IMG/VR virus record: IMGVR_UViG_2882253857_000001
Span: 1 to 64,000 of that record
Strand: one strand, 5' to 3'
Length of the DNA stretch: 64,000 bases
Source: a virus
Taxonomy: Duplodnaviria; Caudoviricetes
Shown here piece after piece: positions 38,659 to 48,198 of this stretch; position 1 is the stretch's first letter; every line of letters starts with the position of its first letter. The position numbers were made by a program, and so were the translations under genes. The notes beneath the pieces were generated by a model, which searched no databases, was not told the origin of the DNA, and saw nothing but the letters and a program-made list of their open reading frames with translations.

Positions 38659-38976
38659 CTAACTAAGCCCTGCGAGGGCATATACAAGATTTACTTGCTG
38701 CCAACCAACAAGCTCTTTCAACTCTTCTTCTGTCTTCTTGTTAGCCAACTCTTTGACCTTGGCCATGAATTCATCTTTATTAACATCAAGTCTATAGAAC
38801 AAAGCTTTCAAGGATATCTCACACATTTCCTTATCCTTGATATATTTTCTGCAATATTCATCAAACATTACTTCATCGATCATTTGCTCAATATCTTTTG
38901 AAGAAAATCCATACATTTTAGCAGTAAAATAAACCATCGGATACTTGTTATGAAACTCCATATCAGTTCCGTGCAT
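38659..38976 (-). CDS. Hypothetical phage protein
   Basis: ORF with RBS. Confidence 0.55.
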   Translation of the reverse strand: MHGTDMEFHNKYPMVYFTAKMYGFSSKDIEQMIDEVMFDEYCRKYIKDKEMCEISLKALFYRLDVNKDEFMAKVKELANKKTEEELKELVGWQQVNLVYALAGLS

Positions 38977-38987
38977 AAGATCACTCC

Positions 38988-39569
38988 TTAATCTTCGAAT
39001 CTCTCTCCATATGCATAAGATGGTTTTATAGAATGAGTTGCTACCAAGTCAGAAATCATTGAAGCAAATACGGCCATTTCCTTATCATCAAAACCTTCAA
39101 GAAGACGCAATTCTTTGGCCTTTAGAGATCGACCAGCAGCTGTGGAAATCAATTCTGCTACCGGCTTGATTTGATTCATCCGCTCTCTCTTCTCTTCTTC
39201 AGCGGCCTTGATAGCTTCCTGCTTGCGGTTGTACTCTTCCCAATCTTGTTCATCAAACCAGAAATACTCACCATACTTGTCGCGGTAGACCGAAATCCAA
39301 TGCGGCATAACATGATGTGTTGTTGTTGCTTCAGCAGCCTTACAATGCTGGCATACTCCGCTTGATTCAGTTATCAGTTCCGTGATAACTTCCTTTGGAA
39401 ACTCACCGCGCTCCCTTGTGCTTGGTCTTGATGTGTGGTGAGAGAGAATGTCCTTCTTCCATTCTGGAACATCCCTCTTGGCTTTTGGTTTTCGTTGCTG
39501 AAGACTGTTATATACCTTCTTCTCTTTCGCCTGTTTCTCAGGCTTCCAAAATGTCTGATGCATTCTCAC
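38988..39569 (-). CDS. Degenerate HNH-like protein
   Basis: CQHC...HHVMP present; N..LC..CH half absent. Confidence 0.6.
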   Translation of the reverse strand: MRMHQTFWKPEKQAKEKKVYNSLQQRKPKAKRDVPEWKKDILSHHTSRPSTRERGEFPKEVITELITESSGVCQHCKAAEATTTHHVMPHWISVYRDKYGEYFWFDEQDWEEYNRKQEAIKAAEEEKRERMNQIKPVAELISTAAGRSLKAKELRLLEGFDDKEMAVFASMISDLVATHSIKPSYAYGERFED

Positions 39570-39839
39570 TCACCACCCTTCACGTTTACTTTGTTTATAC
39601 TTATATTTTGAGCCTATTCCACTACGCGCCCACTACGGATTTTAGCTTTATGCCCCTAAACTTTCGATATAACCAGCTTGTTCCAATACTTTGTAATGAT
39701 GCTCCCTTTCTGCCGCTGAGAAGCTTAATGGAAGAACGGTATGAGCCGCGTAAAAAGCGATTGCTTCTCGAAGCTCTTTTGGTTGATCATCAAGCTCTAG
39801 TAGATTGATAGACTTAGTAGACATTTGTTCCCCCTCCGA

Positions 39840-40166
39840 TCAGTAATGTGATCTTTCATACGCCTGTTTTGCTTCTTCGATCGTTTTGAAATCGAACTCT
39901 CGATATACAGAATGAACAATGCTTGCTATCTGTTTGTCTGTGTAACTAATATTTTTTGCTCCAAGAATGACATATCCTAGACAAGCATTGTTACTCCATT
40001 CCACGCTAGAAAAAAGCTGAGCATCCTTATATCCGGCCTGATAAGCCTTGTTGAACTTTTGTTCAACTCTATCGAGGATCTTTATCTGCTCCGTATTCAT
40101 CCCATCAGGGAATAATTCATCTTCCAATTCCATCCTTAATACCACTGCTAAGTTATAATCTTGCAT
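39840..40166 (-). CDS. Hypothetical phage protein
   Basis: WSNNACLGY.I...FD.KT.EEA. Confidence 0.65.
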   Translation of the reverse strand: MQDYNLAVVLRMELEDELFPDGMNTEQIKILDRVEQKFNKAYQAGYKDAQLFSSVEWSNNACLGYVILGAKNISYTDKQIASIVHSVYREFDFKTIEEAKQAYERSHY

Positions 40167-40184
40167 ACAGTTTCTCCCTTCACG

Positions 40185-40202
40185 TCAGGAAAACTTTCCT
40201 GA
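40185..40202. repeat. Palindromic site TCAGGAAAACTTTCCTGA (parS-like copy 4)
   Basis: 1 mismatch; intergenic. Confidence 0.8.
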
Positions 40203-40223
40203 CCTTGTTTTTGGATCGGATAT

Positions 40224-40287
40224 CCGCGACCATCGCGCCGAAAGGCGCTAGGTTTCGGCTGGTATCCCTCCAGCCATCATCAGGCGG
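40224..40287 (-). ncRNA. Hammerhead ribozyme (type I) with loop II pseudoknot
   Basis: CCGC-CUGAUGA-U-GGCUGG(AGGGAUA)CCAGCC-GAAAC-stem III-GUC-GCGG; predicted cut between 40228 and 40227. Confidence 0.9.
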
Positions 40288-40288
40288 T

Positions 40289-40372
40289 TTATTTACGTCT
40301 AATCGTCCGGATCAGCACGACAATCGATAAGACCAATGCTGCAAAGGCGATAATAGTCGTTACTGTTTCCAC
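40289..40372 (-). CDS. 27-aa single-TM peptide (type I toxin/holin-like; not in track)
   Basis: GAGGAGG RBS; METVTTIIAFAALVLSIVVLIRTIRRK. Confidence 0.7.
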   Translation of the reverse strand: METVTTIIAFAALVLSIVVLIRTIRRK

Positions 40373-40386
40373 GTTTATACCTCCTC

Positions 40387-40758
40387 TTATTTAATGAACC
40401 AGCATCCTAAAACCTCTACTACTTCGGTATATTCCCTCCCGGCGATCTCCTCCGGATGGGCGCAGTGTTTACCTGCTATAAATGTACGCCCATCATCACG
40501 GCGGTAAATTGCGCGATTCAGGTTCTTTTTCCACGGATTCATACCGGGCTGTTTTATGTTCGTTTTGCCGATCCGTTCCATCTCAAGTTCTTGCATTTTT
40601 GAATTAACTACATCGTGAAACATGAGATGCCAATTACTATATTTAAATCCTTTATAATCTTTCTCGGCACTTACTTTTTCGACTGAATAACCCAACGCCT
40701 TCATGGCGCTCTCTAGCAATATCACATTAGCCCTCGTCGCTCTATACTTTTTAAACAT
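40387..40758 (-). CDS. Hypothetical protein in HTH-regulated cassette
   Basis: GGAGG 7 nt before ATG 40758. Confidence 0.65.
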   Translation of the reverse strand: MFKKYRATRANVILLESAMKALGYSVEKVSAEKDYKGFKYSNWHLMFHDVVNSKMQELEMERIGKTNIKQPGMNPWKKNLNRAIYRRDDGRTFIAGKHCAHPEEIAGREYTEVVEVLGCWFIK

Positions 40759-40879
40759 CTTCATACCTCCCATTTATATTTCGAATCATTTATGTTAAGA
40801 TTGGGAGGAGAGGGGCGCTAACCCTCTCCAATGGAACCTATTTACGTTTGCCGCGCGGGCTGCGTTTTTTGGTTCCTTT

Positions 40880-41107
40880 TCATTTTGCCACGCCGACTAA
40901 ACTATTTACTCCTAATCTTCGTCCCCGCACTATCCCATCGTTGCAGCTTTTAAGCATTGCCGTAATGGTTTTTCCTGTTTTGCTTACGATCACATCCACG
41001 ACCTCAGATTTGTAGCCGAAGTTCCAAACGCATACATCCCCTACTTTTAGTTCTCCGGCTGATATAGCACTTACAGAACCGACTCCTTGCAAATTAATTG
41101 TCCCCAT
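40880..41107 (-). CDS. Small SH3-like hypothetical protein
   Basis: A.ELKVGD...WNFGY.S.V; first gene after a consensus promoter. Confidence 0.7.
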   Translation of the reverse strand: MGTINLQGVGSVSAISAGELKVGDVCVWNFGYKSEVVDVIVSKTGKTITAMLKSCNDGIVRGRRLGVNSLVGVAK

Positions 41108-41154
41108 CTTTATTACCTCCCGTTAATTACACAATTTCGTTATTTCGTACTTTT

Positions 41155-41183
41155 ATTATAATTCCGTTATATCGTAATGTCAA
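41155..41183 (-). promoter_or_regulatory. Perfect SigA promoter TTGACA-17-TATAAT with palindromic spacer and flanking inverted repeat
   Basis: -35 at 41178-41183; -10 at 41155-41160; AATTACACAATTTCGT / ACGAAATTGCGTAATT. Confidence 0.85.
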
Positions 41184-41250
41184 TACTAAAATACGAAATT
41201 GCGTAATTATATTTCTTGTGATAATATTTAAGCAACGGAGGTGCGTGAAC

Positions 41251-41472
41251 ATGGTATCTATTGTGATTAAAGTCCAAGAAATATTAGATGAAAGAGATAT
41301 GTCACAAAAGCAGCTAGCCGAAATGACGGGATTGCGTCGGGCTGCTGTAAGCGAAATATGTAATAATTTGCGAACTTCGATCAATCGAGATCATCTAGAA
41401 AAGATTGCCGAAGCGTTGAAGCTTAACGATATTAGCCAGTTAATAGAGTTAAGGGTGGAGCAAGAGGAATAG
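41251..41472 (+). CDS. Cro/C1-type HTH regulator
   Basis: MSQKQLAEMTGLRRAAVSEIC...LEKIAEAL; GGAGG RBS; divergent. Confidence 0.85.
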   Translation: MVSIVIKVQEILDERDMSQKQLAEMTGLRRAAVSEICNNLRTSINRDHLEKIAEALKLNDISQLIELRVEQEE

Positions 41473-41478
41473 AATCCT

Positions 41479-41688
41479 CTATGCTCCGTTTTTATTTTTC
41501 TTGTCCTGACGACTTTTGAATTCGGGCGGCCTGATCGGTCGAGAATTAGTTTCCCAATATTCGTCTGGCGGCATGGCTCGATACTTTGCTAATTCTACAT
41601 CCGAGAGGTAGTATTGTTCATATGTCCCGTAAGGTCCAGTAATCATTTTTCGTTCCCCAGGTTTTCTTTTAATCCCCATAACATTCAC
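41479..41688 (-). CDS. Hypothetical phage protein
   Basis: Coupled to helicase stop. Confidence 0.55.
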   Translation of the reverse strand: MNVMGIKRKPGERKMITGPYGTYEQYYLSDVELAKYRAMPPDEYWETNSRPIRPPEFKSRQDKKNKNGA

Positions 41689-43439
41689 CCGCGTTTCTTC
41701 AATTTCTCGATTACTTTATCAAGGTGCTTGCCGATCTCCACCTGAGCTATAGCTTTGTCTTCTTCTGATTCCGTTTTTTCGCCCATGATCCCAGCAAACT
41801 GAGCCGTTTTAAACCCTAGAGCCTCCATCATTTGCTCATCACTACCTTGACCGCATACAAGGTAGTAGCTCAATACTGAATCCTTTTGACCCATACGATG
41901 CGTACGATCCTCGCATTGGCTATGAATGCCCGGCGACCAATCCAATTCCCCGAATACGTTGATATTTGCCCTATTTTGCAAGCCATCAATACCAGCAGCA
42001 GCCCGAAGCGATATGACAATTAAGTTAGTCCTTCCTTTGATAAACTGCTCTTTGGCGTATTCCTTTTGTGTATGTGTTTCTGCTCCAGTTACTCGAACTG
42101 GATTAAATGCCTTTAACTCTTCCACCCAAATTTCATATACAGAATGATGGTATCCGTATAAGACAACAGCTTCTCCAGCTTCAAGCAGCATCCGAACAAA
42201 TGCTGCCACATAAGGAGCTTTAGCTACGCCAGTAGCTTGCCTTACCTCCTGGGCTATTTCCCGTTTGGCCCTACCTTTTTCAAAGTTATCCGCTATCGTG
42301 TCATAACGTTCTATCAATTCGAATACGGATTTCATTTCCCTTATGAATGTCTTCTCATCAGCATCGATCTCCTGGACGATTCGGCGTTTTGGCGGAAGCT
42401 CTGTAAGAACTTGCTCTTTTGTGCGCCGGAGCATAAGCCCTTCGCGCCGTAGATGTTCCCCAAGAAGCTCAGGATCGGTCACAGTCGTTTCTCCGTATCC
42501 ATAGCACCATTCCCGTGTAAAACTGCCCCAATCACCAAGACATTGATTCTCTATGATGTTCATGACGTTCCAGATTTCTCCGCCCTGGTTGTAAACTGGT
42601 GTGCCTGACAAACCGATTGAATTACCAACGCTTTCTGACAAGAGAGAAGATGCACTATATTTCTCAGTACCGGCTCTCCGTAATTCTTGAATTTCATCAA
42701 AGACCGCAAATTCAAAATTGTAGCTAGGTAATACACTTTTCCAACCTCGAAGCAATCCATAATGGATAATGTAGAAGTTTGCTGGTGGAAGTTCGTATGG
42801 TGTCAAGCCTTTGATGATATGAACTGACTTATCTGGATTGGGAAATAAGGCTATTTCTCCTGTCGCAAGCTGCGGAACGATAAACTTAAGGATCTGGCTT
42901 TTCCATTGAGTTTGCACACTTGTTGGAGCTACTATGATACCTGGATAACGATTCTGGTGAGCTATCCAAGCCAGTGCTTCTACTGTCTTTCCAAGCCCCA
43001 TATCGTCAGCCAGAAGAGTTGGAGCGTTGTTATTGAGAAATGCTACCCCTTCCTTTTGAAACTCTGCCAGAACTCCGTTAAAGTACATTCGAGACGGTTC
43101 GATTTTTTGGGGCCCGCGCCTGATCTCGTTACGCTTGAGAACATAATTAACTGCCTCATTAAATTGCCGATCCCATTTATCCTGATCGATGATCCTGAGT
43201 GGATAACGCATCATGAGCCAGTTCAGATCACCATTTGTACGCTTGTTGCTCTTAAACTTAGCAATTCCCTTGTATCTTCCTTCCGCTCCTGGAAATAGCC
43301 GTTTAGCTGCCTGACAAACTACTGGTTCGCCTTCGATTATCCAACTATCAGTTCTATCTTCATATCTCAAAGTTCCGTAGTAATAATCAGCCGCTCCAGG
43401 AGACTTAAGATAGGCAGGAATCTCTTCTAATGCTTCCAA
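41685..43439 (-). CDS. SNF2-family helicase
   Basis: LLADDMGLGKT, FDE, LSGTP, Q.EDR.HRMGQ. Confidence 0.95.
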   Translation of the reverse strand: MEALEEIPAYLKSPGAADYYYGTLRYEDRTDSWIIEGEPVVCQAAKRLFPGAEGRYKGIAKFKSNKRTNGDLNWLMMRYPLRIIDQDKWDRQFNEAVNYVLKRNEIRRGPQKIEPSRMYFNGVLAEFQKEGVAFLNNNAPTLLADDMGLGKTVEALAWIAHQNRYPGIIVAPTSVQTQWKSQILKFIVPQLATGEIALFPNPDKSVHIIKGLTPYELPPANFYIIHYGLLRGWKSVLPSYNFEFAVFDEIQELRRAGTEKYSASSLLSESVGNSIGLSGTPVYNQGGEIWNVMNIIENQCLGDWGSFTREWCYGYGETTVTDPELLGEHLRREGLMLRRTKEQVLTELPPKRRIVQEIDADEKTFIREMKSVFELIERYDTIADNFEKGRAKREIAQEVRQATGVAKAPYVAAFVRMLLEAGEAVVLYGYHHSVYEIWVEELKAFNPVRVTGAETHTQKEYAKEQFIKGRTNLIVISLRAAAGIDGLQNRANINVFGELDWSPGIHSQCEDRTHRMGQKDSVLSYYLVCGQGSDEQMMEALGFKTAQFAGIMGEKTESEEDKAIAQVEIGKHLDKVIEKLKKRG

Positions 43440-43450
43440 TTACAATCACC

Positions 43451-43813
43451 TCATTTACTCGATATTCCCCAAAGCTTTCGAAGTCCGATTGATACAACAG
43501 GTTTACCGTTAATGGTTTCAGGCAGGTCCATATACCGTTCGATTACGAGAATCAATCCTTTTACATCATCGAATCCAGCGTAGCGTTCAAGCTGTTTATA
43601 AACGCTAACCTCGTTTGGTTTACCCTTTTTGGCTTCAATGCCGATCCCATCACCAGTAAGAAAGTCAATTCGATTTCGTGGGGCCAGAGGGACTTCATGT
43701 TGAAATGAAATCCCTGCGGCAGTAAGCTGCTGTGCTATCATGTTGTGAAGCTTATATTCATCAGTAATGACATGACACCTAATTTTCTTGATAGATGAAA
43801 TTACTTGTTCCAT
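43451..43813 (-). CDS. PD-(D/E)XK nuclease-like protein
   Basis: E..L....RIDF....IGIEAK...QLERY. Confidence 0.75.
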   Translation of the reverse strand: MEQVISSIKKIRCHVITDEYKLHNMIAQQLTAAGISFQHEVPLAPRNRIDFLTGDGIGIEAKKGKPNEVSVYKQLERYAGFDDVKGLILVIERYMDLPETINGKPVVSIGLRKLWGISSK

Positions 43814-43816
43814 AAC

Positions 43817-44122
43817 CTATCCTTCATGATCATTGAGAACTAAAGTATCATTCTCGATCTGAGCGGTAACTTGGTTGGGATCTTCGGAAAATCCCCAATG
43901 ACCATGATCTTTCATGATTGCGATTACTTCTGGAGCATATGGTTCATCGGTATTAACAACCAGATAGGTATTCGCCGCATCCTTACCTTCTTCGTAGCGG
44001 CCTTGCTCAATCTTCCAGAGGATACGAGACAGTTCGCTTCTGTCACGATCATCAAGATATTTATCTACGTCCTCGTTTTTGATTACCGTGAATTTCATTT
44101 CCATTCCAAGAATTTCGGTCAT
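43817..44122 (-). CDS. Hypothetical phage protein
   Basis: YLVVNTDEPYA motif. Confidence 0.65.
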   Translation of the reverse strand: MTEILGMEMKFTVIKNEDVDKYLDDRDRSELSRILWKIEQGRYEEGKDAANTYLVVNTDEPYAPEVIAIMKDHGHWGFSEDPNQVTAQIENDTLVLNDHEG

Positions 44123-44591
44123 TCTTCATCTTCCCTTCTGCTTGGTTTAATAGCTTGTTTCTGGCCCGTTTCCGAGCCGCTTTCTCTTTTTTGACTTGCT
44201 CCAACGGCACAAATTCGCCGCGCTTTTTTATTAGTATTTCGATGTGGAAAGTCGGATACAAGGCCTGAAAGAGCTTGAGTTTTACCATAAAGGTAGATGT
44301 TTCTACTCCTTTGATATCTATTACTCGTTTTGATCCGTCAAGATCGGTGATAAGGAAATCTGCGATATATGTGATTTTTGGCTGCTCCTGAAGAACGAAC
44401 TTCGGCTGGCATGAGAAGTCTTTTATCTCTCCGTATTTCTTCTTCAGAAGCAGTTCTTGATAATACTCGCCTTCCATCTTGCTATCAAAGAGTATGCCTT
44501 GTACGTCAAGTTCATATTTTTCTACTAACCACGCTTCGAATAATGTTCCATCAGGGGTGACAATGACCTTAGTAGCGTTGTATTTACTCAC
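44061..44591 (-). CDS. DUF1064-family endonuclease
   Basis: SKY.A, FDSK.E..YY, QP.F.L, Y.ADF, DIKG. Confidence 0.85.
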   Translation of the reverse strand: MSKYNATKVIVTPDGTLFEAWLVEKYELDVQGILFDSKMEGEYYQELLLKKKYGEIKDFSCQPKFVLQEQPKITYIADFLITDLDGSKRVIDIKGVETSTFMVKLKLFQALYPTFHIEILIKKRGEFVPLEQVKKEKAARKRARNKLLNQAEGKMKNDRNSWNGNEIHGNQKRGRR

Positions 44592-44595
44592 GATG

Positions 44596-45702
44596 CTATT
44601 TACCCTCCGATATGCGATAAGGTAGGATCAGGTGGGTATCAGTTTCGTTTCCAACGCCCTTGAATACAATTGGACTCATCCTACCTGTATAGTTAATGGC
44701 TACTTCTTCCGTTTCTATGGTCTTAAGAGCGCTTAAAGCGAAGTTAGCGTTGAATGCAACCATAAATTCCTTTCCGCTTAATTCTTGTACCCCAACAAAT
44801 TCGTTGGCTTTCCCTTCATCCGATTCAGATCTCAATTCGATTTCATCGCCCACGGACATTTTTACCAAGCCTTTTTTCTCTCTGGCGAAAATATTTACTC
44901 CCTGAAGCGCTTCGATAAAATCCTGAGTTTTTACTGTGGCTACAGATTCGAAGTTTGTCGGAGTGATCCTGTCAACGTCTGGATAAGCACCTTCTAGCAC
45001 CCTTGACAAAAAGACAAACGATTCAGATTTAACGATAAATTTACCTCTAAACAAAGAGATGCTTATGACTTCTTTATCCGGTAATATTTTAATGAGTTCA
45101 TTTAATGCAGCAGCTCCAACTACGGTTTCAAAATCGAATCCTTCTTCGGATTTTCCTGAAGTCTTTGACAGCCTGTGCCTGTCCGTTCCTGTGACTTCGA
45201 TTTCGTTATCAATCGACCGGAGTCTTAAACCAGTGAGAATAGGAGCGTCCTCTTCCGTGTACGTAGCAAATGAAGTCTTGCTGACCAGTTCTTTTAAGGT
45301 TTGACCAGTAATTCGAACCGTCTTTCCCAATTCCTCTTCAAATTCTGGATATTCTGCCGGGTCCATGCCAACCATTTCAAACTTCGATCTGCCGCTCTTA
45401 ATCTCAGTTGTCTGTCCCTCTGCGGATAGATCAACTACATCCTTAGCCTTTTTAACAACTTCCAGAAATCTCTTTCCTGGGATAGCCACTGATCCGGGGC
45501 TAATCAATTGGAAATCATCCGCTGGAATCTTAGTTCGAAGGAATACAGTGCCATCACCGCCAGTCAGGGATAGACCTTCTTCGTTTGCAATGACTAATAT
45601 TTCGGAGAGTATTGGAATAATTGTTTTGCTGCTCAATACCTTAGATACTCGATCCAAAGCTTTAAATAGAGTAGATTTATCGATCGATATTTTCATTTTC
45701 AA
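44596..45702 (-). CDS. dnaN: DNA polymerase III beta sliding clamp (phage-encoded)
   Basis: IPILS, P.LTG, TDRHRL, SR.LEG.YP, LILP; 368 aa. Confidence 0.92.
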   Translation of the reverse strand: MKMKISIDKSTLFKALDRVSKVLSSKTIIPILSEILVIANEEGLSLTGGDGTVFLRTKIPADDFQLISPGSVAIPGKRFLEVVKKAKDVVDLSAEGQTTEIKSGRSKFEMVGMDPAEYPEFEEELGKTVRITGQTLKELVSKTSFATYTEEDAPILTGLRLRSIDNEIEVTGTDRHRLSKTSGKSEEGFDFETVVGAAALNELIKILPDKEVISISLFRGKFIVKSESFVFLSRVLEGAYPDVDRITPTNFESVATVKTQDFIEALQGVNIFAREKKGLVKMSVGDEIELRSESDEGKANEFVGVQELSGKEFMVAFNANFALSALKTIETEEVAINYTGRMSPIVFKGVGNETDTHLILPYRISEGK

Positions 45703-45803
45703 TTACCTTCCCTTCTGGATCTAATCCAAAGGACTCTAATCCCTTTCTGATAAAAAGGTCAAAATCTTGATCAAAAAGTTCGTAATCATCATGTTTCAAA
45801 GGG

Positions 45804-46751
45804 TTAATCCCTCCTTCTGTTTCGTCCGCCAACTGGAAGCACCTTAACAAATGGCTCAATTCGTTCGATGATACGTTCAGCCTTCTTCTCGTGTTGCTTT
45901 CGATCCGCATCCTTTGCATCCTTAACATTTGCAAGGTGATATCTAAGCTCATTGATAGTTAAGTTTGAGGTATAAATAGTTGGAAGTTCTTCCATCCGTC
46001 GTTGCAATATCGCCCCTAACACCTCGTCTCTTGTCCATGACGTTAGTGGTTCAGCCCCGATATCATCCAGAATGAGAACGGAAGCTTCTTTCAATGCTTC
46101 TAACTTAGATAGAACTCCGTTTGATCCAATAGAATCCTTAACTTCGGCGAGAAAATCAGGCACATAAACCATCAGAACATCTGTTCCACGCTTCGCAAGT
46201 TCCTGAGCGATTGCCCCAGCTACTCTGCTCTTTCCAACTCCCATATTTCCGTAAAAGTAAAGCCCCTTGACGGTCTCCCCAGGAGCAAATTCCGCGCAGA
46301 AGCGCATTGCTTCTACAATAGCTGCTCTTCTTGGTGGATCTGGTTCGATATCCTCAAACGTGGCATTGACAATACTTTTGGGAATGTGATGGCTCTTGAT
46401 TAATCTTTCAATCTTTTGCTGCTTCTCATAGCCAATTAAAACGGGGCATTTCGCCAGTCTGAAATTCAGACATGATTTATCAGGATCAACATCAACAACG
46501 CTCATATGCCCCTTCTGATCGTTCTGACATCCACTTAAACCGGGGCATGACTTACAATGATCAAAGTATGTGAGGTGCTGTGATAAATCCCTATACATGA
46601 TCGGCTTAAGCAGGTCGTTAGATTGGTCAGGATAATCCCTCAAAATCCTTCTAACCTCATCATGGTTAGTCATCTGCTTAATTATCTTTGCTTGTCGATC
46701 CGCAAAGTTTGAAGGGACTAGCTTTTTAAGCTCTTCTCCCAATGTCTGCAC
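45804..46751 (-). CDS. DnaI/DnaC-like helicase loader
   Basis: GNMGVGKS, LILDDIGAE, W.RDEVL..ILQ.RM, TSNL. Confidence 0.9.
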   Translation of the reverse strand: MQTLGEELKKLVPSNFADRQAKIIKQMTNHDEVRRILRDYPDQSNDLLKPIMYRDLSQHLTYFDHCKSCPGLSGCQNDQKGHMSVVDVDPDKSCLNFRLAKCPVLIGYEKQQKIERLIKSHHIPKSIVNATFEDIEPDPPRRAAIVEAMRFCAEFAPGETVKGLYFYGNMGVGKSRVAGAIAQELAKRGTDVLMVYVPDFLAEVKDSIGSNGVLSKLEALKEASVLILDDIGAEPLTSWTRDEVLGAILQRRMEELPTIYTSNLTINELRYHLANVKDAKDADRKQHEKKAERIIERIEPFVKVLPVGGRNRRRD

Positions 46752-46757
46752 AGATCA

Positions 46758-47846
46758 TCACCCCTTGCGATTAGCCTTTAGCTGCTCTAGCATCCGCTGC
46801 ACATCATCTTCACTGTATTCGCTAGATTCGATTCGCTCAGAAGCGGCAGAAATCAAATCGCTTTCCGGTTTGTCATCTTCGGATGGATTGACTGCATGAA
46901 GTGAGTAAATCACTGGAGCGCAATAACTTAGGGAATGAACTTCATCACGCTTATGCTTTGGTTTGAACTTGTCAAAAGCTTGGTCAATGCCATCTAAAGT
47001 TGTTTGAAGCGGAACTCCGTCTTTAATCAACTCATCAATCACTTGTTCATCGGATTTCGTAATTTCTAATCCCTTACCACGTCTCCGAAGATATTTATCA
47101 GCTGTAGCCTGGCGATAATCGATATCCGAAGATGATATTTTGTCCTGAATAGAGTCGGTACCTGTTTCAGAAGTGACAGGATTCCATTCCTGTCGGGTAA
47201 ACGGCATCCCCTCATCCTTCGTTTTCGATTCGCCGTCAGGCGTATTAAAACAACAACAATTGTCTTTAATATTGTCTTTAAACATGTCTTTAGACACCCT
47301 CTCCGCCTTAGAGCCGCAAGGGATTGAGTCACCTTCGACTTCATGTTTTGTGAAGTTTTCACCCTCTGAAACTTCATGTTTTGTGAAGTCGTACTTCATG
47401 TTTTGTGAAGTTTTATCATTCTCCCCTTGGTCTAATGGCTTGCTTTGATCATCCGAAAACTTCATGTTTTGTGAAGTTTTTCTTTTGAGATTTTGATGGA
47501 TTAGATTATCAAATCTGTCCGAATCCCACCCCATAACCGGGCTAATTTGCCAAAGGTCATAATCCTTATTAATGGAGAATAGTTTTTCGCTATGTTGCCA
47601 AGTGATTACCTTGGCATTTTCAAGGAACAAGAGTTCTTTCTTGATGTGTGTTGCTGGTATGCCGCAGATTTCAAAATCCTTTAGCTTTGGGATATAAGCA
47701 TCCTTTAGATTGCAGCCATACGATAATCTCCAGATAAATAGAAGAATATCTTTCTGCCTCTTGGTGAAATTACGCCTGATTAACTCATTCCAAAGCTCAT
47801 TTGCCAGTTTCACATACCCGTTCTCAGGTTGAGGATTCTTTGCCAC
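46758..47846 (-). CDS. Replication initiator (lambda O-like N-terminus)
   Basis: PQ.ENGY...ANE...R..YG; internal iterons. Confidence 0.9.
   Translation of the reverse strand: MAKNPQPENGYVKLANELWNELIRRNFTKRQKDILLFIWRLSYGCNLKDAYIPKLKDFEICGIPATHIKKELLFLENAKVITWQHSEKLFSINKDYDLWQISPVMGWDSDRFDNLIHQNLKRKTSQNMKFSDDQSKPLDQGENDKTSQNMKYDFTKHEVSEGENFTKHEVEGDSIPCGSKAERVSKDMFKDNIKDNCCCFNTPDGESKTKDEGMPFTRQEWNPVTSETGTDSIQDKISSSDIDYRQATADKYLRRRGKGLEITKSDEQVIDELIKDGVPLQTTLDGIDQAFDKFKPKHKRDEVHSLSYCAPVIYSLHAVNPSEDDKPESDLISAASERIESSEYSEDDVQRMLEQLKANRKG
47338..47477. repeat. Origin iterons, 4 x ACTTCATGTTTTGTGAAGT
   Basis: Copies at 47338, 47371, 47393 and 47459, each with ACTTCA/TGAAGT dyad. Confidence 0.9.
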
Positions 47847-47851
47847 TCACC

Positions 47852-48184
47852 TCACCCCATCGATTCAAGCACATACCGATTACCACCGATCTCTATCGTT
47901 TTAAATGTGCCATCATCAAGAACTTCTTTTACATGTATGGATACTCTCCGCCTTATCTTAACCTCCATATAGGCCGGTTCGTCGGGAGGTACAATTTCGA
48001 TAGCCCTACCCGAACCGTGAATACGGCGAATCAATCCCTTTTGCTCTAGTCGCTCTATGTGACCAGCAACCGTTGATGATGACTTAAGACCAACGCCAAT
48101 ACCTATTTCTCGGAATGTAGGCGAATAGCCATTTTCTTGTTGATATTGAGCGATAAAATCCAGTATTCTTTGTTGCGTTTTCAT
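47852..48184 (-). CDS. LexA DNA-binding-domain protein
   Basis: [20 protein letters not shown]...LE.KG.I.R...RAIEI. Confidence 0.85.
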   Translation of the reverse strand: MKTQQRILDFIAQYQQENGYSPTFREIGIGVGLKSSSTVAGHIERLEQKGLIRRIHGSGRAIEIVPPDEPAYMEVKIRRRVSIHVKEVLDDGTFKTIEIGGNRYVLESMG

Positions 48185-48198
48185 ATAATCATCACCCG

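Noticed and set aside
47338-47477. 19-bp repeats as a CRISPR array
   Set aside because: Spacers of 14, 3 and 47 nt inside the initiator gene and no cas genes: origin iterons
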